Origin: a virus
Direction: 5' to 3' (one strand)
DNA: 64,000 bases
Virus record (IMG/VR): IMGVR_UViG_3300002231_001563
Location: 64,001 to 128,000 of that record
Shown here: in pieces, positions 55,358 through 62,080 of the stretch
How the letters are laid out: the number at the start of each line of letters is the position of its first letter
Numbering within the stretch: the stretch's first letter is position 1
Program-made: the position numbers and the translations under genes
The notes under the pieces: model-generated
Seen by the model: the letters and a program-made list of their open reading frames with translations, nothing else
Databases searched by the model: none
What the model was told of the DNA's origin: nothing

Positions 55358-55981
55358 ATGAGCGACGATCTATTGAAAATGCGACATCACAAACTCTTGT
55401 TTGAGCTTAAATTTTTGTACGCTGATTTGAATTATCATCAAACGATTGCCGACGATGCAGCCAGAGATTTTCAGGCTACATTTTTAAATTTTTGCGAAGA
55501 AAAAGATACCCTCGATACCCTATTTCCCAAGCGACCATCGCCAGTAGAAATCAGCCCACCCGCATCAGCTGATTCGGAAAAAATTTATGATCCTCCAAAA
55601 TCCACCATCGATAAGGAAGTTAAAAATTTGCACAAAAAGATTGCCTCCCTTACTCATCCGGACAAGGTACTGAAACTGTCCCAAGCCGAAAAGACATATC
55701 GCGAAGGCATCTTCCTCAAAGCTTCTGCCTTTGCAAGTGCAAATGACTTGTTCGCTCTGCAACAACTAGCTTTAGAGTTGGGAATAGAATTAGCCGAACC
55801 TACAGCTCCCCAATTAGAATTATTCGAGGAAGAGGCTCAAAAAATTAAAAAACAAATTCACCAAATGCAAAACACATATGCTTGGCACTGGCACCATAAT
55901 TCCGATCCTCAAGAAAAGGACAAAATCATGACTCGCTACCATTCAGCCATGCTAAACTCACTATCAAAGAAGGAAGAATGA
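55358..55981 (+). CDS. J-domain-like (HPD) co-chaperone
   Basis: VKNLHKKIASLTHPDK...FLKAS matches J-domain helix II-HPD-helix III. Confidence 0.7.
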   Translation: MSDDLLKMRHHKLLFELKFLYADLNYHQTIADDAARDFQATFLNFCEEKDTLDTLFPKRPSPVEISPPASADSEKIYDPPKSTIDKEVKNLHKKIASLTHPDKVLKLSQAEKTYREGIFLKASAFASANDLFALQQLALELGIELAEPTAPQLELFEEEAQKIKKQIHQMQNTYAWHWHHNSDPQEKDKIMTRYHSAMLNSLSKKEE

Positions 55982-56934
55982 AGCGATTATTAGTTATCGA
56001 TGCCCTTAACGCATACTTTCGCGCGTACATTGTTAATCCCAGCTTGTCTCTAAACGGCCAGCCAATTGGCGGGTATAAAGGATTCTTAGGAATTCTCCAG
56101 AAATTATGCCGAGAGATGCGCCCCGATGAAATTATTATAGCCTGGGACGGCGCCGGCGGCTCCGCACGACGCAAGGCCGTTAATAAGAATTATAAAGAGG
56201 GACGCAAGCCCATTCGCCTCAACCGCGATGTCCGTCATCTCACTGAAGATGAGGAAATGAAAAATAAGGTTTGGCAACAATATCGCTTAATGGACACAAT
56301 GAATCACATGCCTGTCATTCAATTGATGCTGGAAAGCGTAGAGGCCGATGATATCATCTCTTATGTAACTCAGTCGCCCATCTATCAGGGGTGGCAAAAG
56401 GTGATTGTCTCAAGCGATAAAGATTTTTTTCAATTATGTGACAATGAAACTGTTTTGTACCGGCCGATTCAGAAGGTTTTCGTAAATGAACCCCGAATTC
56501 TAGCCGAGCATGGAATTCATCCTACCAATTTTGCATTAGCGCGCGCCCTAGCCGGAGATAAATCCGACAACCTCCCCGGCATTAAAGGGGTGGGCCTGGC
56601 CACCATCTCAAAGCGCTTTCCCTTCTTCTCGGGGGAGGAGTCAGTTACTATTGAGGAGTTGTTAGAATTTTGCGAAAATGACAACACAGGCCTTAAGGTG
56701 TTCTCCTCTATTTTGGAGGGGTCGTCTGTTATCGAGGAAAATTATAAAATCATGCAGCTTTATTCTCCCTCTATTTCTATTGATGGGAAAAATAGGATTA
56801 AGCACACGCTCGAAAATTTCGAGCCACAATTTAATAAAACAGAGATTATTAAAAGAATGACAGAAGATGGCTTCGGAAATTGGGATTCGTCCGCCCTATT
56901 CGCCACCTTTAAAAGAATTACAAGTAAGGCTTGA
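55978..56934 (+). CDS. 5'-3' exonuclease / FEN (PolA N-terminal or T4 RNase H-like)
   Basis: LLVIDALN, IAWDG, NYKEGR, EADDII, SSDKDFFQL, GDKSDNLPGIKGVG. Confidence 0.93.
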   Translation: MKRLLVIDALNAYFRAYIVNPSLSLNGQPIGGYKGFLGILQKLCREMRPDEIIIAWDGAGGSARRKAVNKNYKEGRKPIRLNRDVRHLTEDEEMKNKVWQQYRLMDTMNHMPVIQLMLESVEADDIISYVTQSPIYQGWQKVIVSSDKDFFQLCDNETVLYRPIQKVFVNEPRILAEHGIHPTNFALARALAGDKSDNLPGIKGVGLATISKRFPFFSGEESVTIEELLEFCENDNTGLKVFSSILEGSSVIEENYKIMQLYSPSISIDGKNRIKHTLENFEPQFNKTEIIKRMTEDGFGNWDSSALFATFKRITSKA

Positions 56935-56959
56935 CAAAGAATGATCGGTATGTTATATT
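56931..56959 (+). promoter_or_regulatory. Sigma70-type promoter for helicase/RNR
   Basis: TTGACA (56931-56936)-N17-TATATT (56954-56959) with extended TG. Confidence 0.85.
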
Positions 56960-56978
56960 AAAAAGGTCAGGGGGTATT

Positions 56979-58352
56979 TTGGCAAAAGAAAATTTCAGTC
57001 AATATGGTAAAGACTTTCAAGAATCTTTGTGCCATCTCATATTAGTGGACCGTCCATTCGCCGATCAAATGCTGGAAGTCCTAAATATCAATTTTCTGGA
57101 ACTTAGGTATCTCCAGGTATTTGTTGAGCTAGTAAAGAATTACAGGGAAAAATTCACCGTCCACCCCACTGAAAAGATTATGACCTCTATTTTAAGGACG
57201 GAATTGGAGGGGTATAATGAGTCGGTGCAACAGCAAATTAGAAACTATTTTGCACGGATTTCACGCGCCGAGCCTCAAGATGTAGAATACATCACCCACA
57301 CCTCTTTGGATTTCTGCCGGAAACAGAAATTAAAAGAAGCTATGCTTAAATCAGTTAAGCTCCTTAAAGATTCATCTTTTGACGAGATCTCTAATTTGAT
57401 AAACGAGGCTTTGAAGCTCGGCGCCGACTCAAATTTTGGTCATGATTACGTGAAGGATTTTGAACAGAGATTTTTATTTAAATCGCGAAATCCAATTCCA
57501 ACTGGCTGGAGCGAACTGGACGCCATCACTCATCAAGGTTTGGGCCAGGGAGAGTTGGGTGTGGTCATCGCTCCCACTGGCGCCGGAAAATCCATGGCCC
57601 TAGTTCATATCGGATCCGAGGCTCTCAAAGCTGGAAAAAATGTAATATACTATACCCTAGAATTGTCTGATACCGTCGTTGGTTCTCGTTTTGACAGCTG
57701 CATTACCAATGTTCCTTTGAATGATCTCCACTCCTTTAAGGAAGAAATATATGAAAAGGTGCAACTCCTTTCGGGCCAATTAATTGTAAAAGAATATCCT
57801 ACAAAATCCGCCAGCGCGAATACTTTAAAAGCCCATTTAGAAAAAGTTATTAGTCGGGGTTTCGAGCCCGATATGATTATCGTTGATTATGGAGATTTAT
57901 TGCGCCCTATTTCAACTTTAAGAGAGAAAAGGCACGAGTTAGAGACTATTTATGAACAGCTTCGCGCCTTGGCCCAAACACACAATTGTTGTGTTTGGAC
58001 GGCTTCTCAAACAAACCGCTCTGGACTTAATGCCGAAGTAATCACTATGGAATCTATATCGGAGGCATTTAATAAGTGTTTTGTAGCAGACTTTATTTTT
58101 TCAATATCCCGAACGGCGGAAGACAAGTTGAGTAATTCTGGACGTATTTTTGTTGCCAAAAACCGAAATGGAATTGATGGAGTAATCCACCCTATCTATA
58201 TGGATACTCGCAATATTACGATTAATGTATTGCCGTCTTCCGGAGAGACTATTGGTGATGTTAAAAAAGAGGCCAAAAAGAGGCAAGAGAAGAAGCTCGT
58301 AACTTTATATAAAAAAGCAAAAAATACCGGAGGAAAAAATAATGTCAATTAG
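56979..58352 (+). CDS. dnaB: Replicative DnaB/gp41-like helicase
   Basis: Walker A APTGAGKS, YYTLEL, IIVDYGDLL, TASQTNRSG, KNRNG. Start placed at TTG 56979 (GGGG SD) because the track start at 56931 is the -35 box. Confidence 0.92.
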   Translation: MAKENFSQYGKDFQESLCHLILVDRPFADQMLEVLNINFLELRYLQVFVELVKNYREKFTVHPTEKIMTSILRTELEGYNESVQQQIRNYFARISRAEPQDVEYITHTSLDFCRKQKLKEAMLKSVKLLKDSSFDEISNLINEALKLGADSNFGHDYVKDFEQRFLFKSRNPIPTGWSELDAITHQGLGQGELGVVIAPTGAGKSMALVHIGSEALKAGKNVIYYTLELSDTVVGSRFDSCITNVPLNDLHSFKEEIYEKVQLLSGQLIVKEYPTKSASANTLKAHLEKVISRGFEPDMIIVDYGDLLRPISTLREKRHELETIYEQLRALAQTHNCCVWTASQTNRSGLNAEVITMESISEAFNKCFVADFIFSISRTAEDKLSNSGRIFVAKNRNGIDGVIHPIYMDTRNITINVLPSSGETIGDVKKEAKKRQEKKLVTLYKKAKNTGGKNNVN

Positions 58353-60579
58353 CGCTTTACAAGAATATACTAGAATTGCAAAATATGCAAAATATCTGCC
58401 CGAAAAGGAACGTCGAGAGACGTGGAGAGAACAAATTACTCGCGTATTTGATATGCATAGGGAATATTTTGCGGACTATTCCGAAGTGATGCCCTATATT
58501 GACGAAGCCGAGCAGGCAGTCTTAAAGAAGGAAGTTTTGGGATCTCAAAGAATCCTTCAGTTTGGAGGCGCCCCTATCTTCAAGCATAACGCGCGCGTTT
58601 ATAACTGTGCTTTTGGGCACATTAATCGCCCTGAGGCTTTCTCGGAGTTGATTTATTTGTTGCTGTGTGGCTGTGGGGTGGGGTTTTCGGTCCAAAGGCA
58701 TCATGTTGCGGAATTACCACCCATTGCCCGGCCAAGCCACCTTCTGGAAAAAGAATTTACAGTGCCTGACTCCATCGAGGGATGGGCAGATGCGGTGGGA
58801 GTTCTCATTTCCAGTTATATGAGCTTCGATTCCCGCTTCGAAATTTTTTTTGGTTCTAGGGTAAATTTTGATTATTCTCAGATTCGACCCCAGGGCGCGC
58901 CCTTGTCGTCTGGCTCGAAAGCTCCAGGCCCCCAAGGCCTAAAGCGCTCCATTGAAAAAATACGAGAGGTCCTTGATTCTCGCTTGGTGAATTCCCGAAA
59001 AGCCAACTTACGCCCCATAGATGTTTATGATATAATTATGCATAGCGCTGATGCTGTCATTTCTGGCGGGGTCCGTCGTTCAGCAACGATTGCTCTTTTT
59101 TCTCCTGATGATGAAGAGATGGCGAAGGCCAAAACGGGGAATTGGTTTATGGAAAACCCACAACGTGGCCGTTCCAACAATAGCGCCCTTTTAGTTCGCG
59201 ATGAAACCACAAAAGATCAGTTCAATAAATTAATGGAATGGGTACAAGAATTTGGTGAACCAGGTTTTGTCTGGGCAGATTCTCGCGAGGTGGGCTTCAA
59301 TCCTTGCGTTGAGATCGGCCTTTACCCAATTGATGAAGAGACCGGTCGCAGCGGGTGGCAATTTTGTAATTTGACAGAAATCAATGGAAAAAAAGCATCT
59401 GACGCTCAGTCATTCTACAGGGCATGCCGCGCTGCAGCCATCATTGGCACTCTGCAAGCGGCCTACACTTCTTTTCCTTATTTGGGAAAGGAGAGTGAAA
59501 GGATCACCGAAAGAGAAGCTCTTCTCGGAGTATCCGTTACAGGTATGATGGATAATCCGGAAGTTCTATTCGACCCACAGATTCAGCGCAATGGAGCAAA
59601 AATAGTTAAAGATTTGAATAAGGCTATAGCCAGCATCATCAACATTAATCAAGCGGCTCGAACAACTTGCGTCAAACCTGCAGGCTCTACAAGCTGTATA
59701 TTGGGGACAGCCAGCGGAATTCACCCTCACCACGCGAAGCGTTATTTCAGGAGAGTACAAGCCAACAAGCAAGAAAATCCTGTTCAATATTTCAAGACAA
59801 TTAATCCCCGTGCAGTGGAAGCTTCGGTCTGGGATCCTAATGGGGTTACTGAAGTTATTACATTTTTGTGTGAAGTTCCGGTGGGGGCTAAAACAAAGAA
59901 TCAAATCGATGCATCAAAACTATTGGAGAGTGTAAAGCTGACACAACAGAATTGGGTACGCTATGGTACGAATAAAGAATTGTGTACGCAACCTTATCTC
60001 TCTCACAATGTATCTAATACTATCCATGTACGCGAGGACGAGTGGGCCCACATCGCCGATTATATTTTTAAAAATCGAAAATATTTTGCAGGAATCTCAC
60101 TTATTCCCAGTTCCGGTGACAAAGACTATCCTCAAGCCCCGTTTTGTGCGGTTCCTTACCCGGCCGATATTTTGAGGACTTATGGTCCAGGATCTTTTTT
60201 TGCTTCTGGAATTATAGAGGCCGCCCTCACCTCCTTTAAAGGAGACCTTTGGAGCGCCAGCGATTGCCTGTTGGGCATCGGCGCCCCCCTCCATACTGTG
60301 GATTATGTGCAACAAAGGTGGCTCACCGCCGCAATTAAATTCGCTGATTCTCATTTTGAGGGAAACGTTCGTAAAATGACCTATTGCTTGAAGGATATCT
60401 ATAATCTTCATCTATGGGAAAAATTATCGAAAGAATATCAAGAGGTTGATTGGACCACCATGGTGGAGGACCGAGATTATATTGATTTTCAACAAGATTC
60501 AGCGTGCGCCGGAGGCGCATGCGAGATGCCAGTAGAATATTTAGAAGCACTTAGAGCAATAAATTTGGAGGAACAATAA
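58342..60579 (+). CDS. nrdJ: Class II (adenosylcobalamin-dependent) ribonucleotide reductase
   Basis: YNCAF, GCGVGFS, GGVRRSA, NPCVEI, FCNLTEI, TCVKPAGS, C-terminal CAGGAC; no ATP cone. Confidence 0.9.
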   Translation: MSISALQEYTRIAKYAKYLPEKERRETWREQITRVFDMHREYFADYSEVMPYIDEAEQAVLKKEVLGSQRILQFGGAPIFKHNARVYNCAFGHINRPEAFSELIYLLLCGCGVGFSVQRHHVAELPPIARPSHLLEKEFTVPDSIEGWADAVGVLISSYMSFDSRFEIFFGSRVNFDYSQIRPQGAPLSSGSKAPGPQGLKRSIEKIREVLDSRLVNSRKANLRPIDVYDIIMHSADAVISGGVRRSATIALFSPDDEEMAKAKTGNWFMENPQRGRSNNSALLVRDETTKDQFNKLMEWVQEFGEPGFVWADSREVGFNPCVEIGLYPIDEETGRSGWQFCNLTEINGKKASDAQSFYRACRAAAIIGTLQAAYTSFPYLGKESERITEREALLGVSVTGMMDNPEVLFDPQIQRNGAKIVKDLNKAIASIININQAARTTCVKPAGSTSCILGTASGIHPHHAKRYFRRVQANKQENPVQYFKTINPRAVEASVWDPNGVTEVITFLCEVPVGAKTKNQIDASKLLESVKLTQQNWVRYGTNKELCTQPYLSHNVSNTIHVREDEWAHIADYIFKNRKYFAGISLIPSSGDKDYPQAPFCAVPYPADILRTYGPGSFFASGIIEAALTSFKGDLWSASDCLLGIGAPLHTVDYVQQRWLTAAIKFADSHFEGNVRKMTYCLKDIYNLHLWEKLSKEYQEVDWTTMVEDRDYIDFQQDSACAGGACEMPVEYLEALRAINLEEQ

Positions 60580-60863
60580 TGTTTAAACCCTGTAATAGAT
60601 ACCTTTTAATTGAGAGAAATATGAAGTCCGAGGAGGAGTCGCTCATCGCCCTCCCTGAAGGAGCCTTCAATACGGAGAGCAGATATGAGAAAGTTACGAT
60701 TTCTGGTGTGGCGCCCGATGTCCGTCCCCCCATCGCCGTAGGGCAAGATGTGGTAGTTTTAACCCATATGATTGAAGAAGTGGAATTTGATAATGTAACT
60801 GTCTATTTAGTACTAGAAAACCATGTGTTGGGTATTGTAGGAGATGAGTATGGAAACGAATAA
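60579..60863 (+). CDS. groES: GroES/Cpn10-like co-chaperonin
   Basis: KPCNRYLLIER, mobile loop LIALP, VGQDVVV, EEVEFD, VLENHVLGIV; 94 aa. Confidence 0.8.
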   Translation: MFKPCNRYLLIERNMKSEEESLIALPEGAFNTESRYEKVTISGVAPDVRPPIAVGQDVVVLTHMIEEVEFDNVTVYLVLENHVLGIVGDEYGNE

Positions 60864-61002
60864 TGAGACTTTTTTAAAGTGGGTTAAGGCAGTCATAGAG
60901 GAGCAGTTAGCTAAACGCGATCCGCTTCTAGAGGCGCCCAAGAACAAGCAGCGCGCCATTATTTTAGAAAATAAAATAAAGAAACTTTTGGGGAGTTCTT
61001 AA
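60850..61002 (+). CDS. 50-aa hypothetical protein (METNNETFLKWVKAVIEEQL...)
   Basis: ATG 60850 after AGGAG; fills the gap; contains LLE and ILE sites. Confidence 0.5.
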   Translation: METNNETFLKWVKAVIEEQLAKRDPLLEAPKNKQRAIILENKIKKLLGSS

Positions 61003-61865
61003 TTCGCCCATCGCGTCTAGATAAGCACGAATATGATTATGATACTATAGTGGTGGGCGCCAATCTTAGTGCACTCCTCTATGCATACCTAGCAGACGCG
61101 CCTTGCATCTATGTCGATCCTCTTCCACCCTTCCGTTTTGAGGACTCGGCAAAAATCTGGGACATGCCCCCTCTTGAGTTATGGGAAAGGCTTATGTTCT
61201 GCCTCTCCTTATCAGGCCAGCTGCCCATGGGGCCCACTGCGGCCTCAATCAAATTAACTGACCATCACATGAGAGTGGTCACTCAACGGTCACGATTGGG
61301 GCGCTTTAATTTTAAGAAACTAATTATTTTTGATGATACTTCGATCCAAGGCCTAAGTGAATCGACAGGGCAGCGCATTGGCAAAACTAAGGTTATTGAT
61401 TGGTTCGCGGTTCGATCGGGAATGGAGCATTCACATGATAGTCTTGCGACAAATGATGATTTTATTAAAAAAGTTATTTTTTACCCCTCCGATAGATTTG
61501 GAAGCCAGTCGACAGATAGAATTAGAAAAGATCTTGTGGCGATATCATATCTGGACTCTGATGAGGTAGATAATTTTGATTATTCGAGCACGATGGCGCG
61601 TTTTAAAATCACCCAAATGATGAAAGAGGCGGGAATCAAAGGTGCAAGGAATGGAAAAGATACAAACAATCCGTCTCTATATCGTTATTACTCGGTAAAA
61701 GTGGAATCGATGGAGCGTGAGGTGTTTCGGTCAATTCAAACTTTTTATGCAGAGGATCCACGATTTGAGTTTCGCTATGATTCTCCTGTAGAAGTTATTG
61801 ATCAATTTGACGCCCCTATGGTTCTGGGGCCCCTATTGGAAAATATAGAAACTATCTCAAAGTAG
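61002..61865 (+). CDS. Hypothetical protein with Rossmann-like N-terminus; start uncertain (ATT 61002 or GTG 61050)
   Basis: YDTIVVGANLSALLYA resembles an FAD/NAD-binding beta1-loop-helix; the only SD (GGGGAG) precedes ATT. Confidence 0.45.
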   Translation: MRPSRLDKHEYDYDTIVVGANLSALLYAYLADAPCIYVDPLPPFRFEDSAKIWDMPPLELWERLMFCLSLSGQLPMGPTAASIKLTDHHMRVVTQRSRLGRFNFKKLIIFDDTSIQGLSESTGQRIGKTKVIDWFAVRSGMEHSHDSLATNDDFIKKVIFYPSDRFGSQSTDRIRKDLVAISYLDSDEVDNFDYSSTMARFKITQMMKEAGIKGARNGKDTNNPSLYRYYSVKVESMEREVFRSIQTFYAEDPRFEFRYDSPVEVIDQFDAPMVLGPLLENIETISK

Positions 61866-61867
61866 GA

Positions 61868-61876
61868 ACTAATTAT
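61868..61876 (+). promoter_or_regulatory. Putative late-promoter motif ACTAATTAT
   Basis: Recurring motif, 7 nt before ATG 61883. Confidence 0.5.
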
Positions 61877-61882
61877 AAGGTA

Positions 61883-62080
61883 ATGGGTCATCTGCGCGAT
61901 ATTGAAGAAGGCTATTTTGAGCACTTCCGTCATGCCTTTGAAATAGGTTCAATCTTATTCTTGGCTTCCTTCGGTCAGTTCTTACACTCTGTGTTTCCCG
62001 ATATCTGCCCGCCTCTCGGGTCTGACGTTAGATCCTTGATTAAATTTTTAGAATCAAAGCTACCGGAGAATAGAAAATGA
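61883..62080 (+). CDS. Small membrane protein, DUF6356-like
   Basis: HL....GYFEHFRHAF.IG..L..A......HSVFP pattern. Confidence 0.6.
   Translation: MGHLRDIEEGYFEHFRHAFEIGSILFLASFGQFLHSVFPDICPPLGSDVRSLIKFLESKLPENRK

Noticed and set aside
56931-56978. Track start of the helicase at TTG 56931
   Set aside because: That TTG is the -35 box of a promoter; TTG 56979 with a GGGG SD is downstream of the predicted TSS.
9931-60579. Inteins or introns in TerL, RecA, DnaB, RNR and PolA
   Set aside because: Lengths are normal, motifs are contiguous, and no C/S...HN splice junctions or homing endonuclease motifs were seen.
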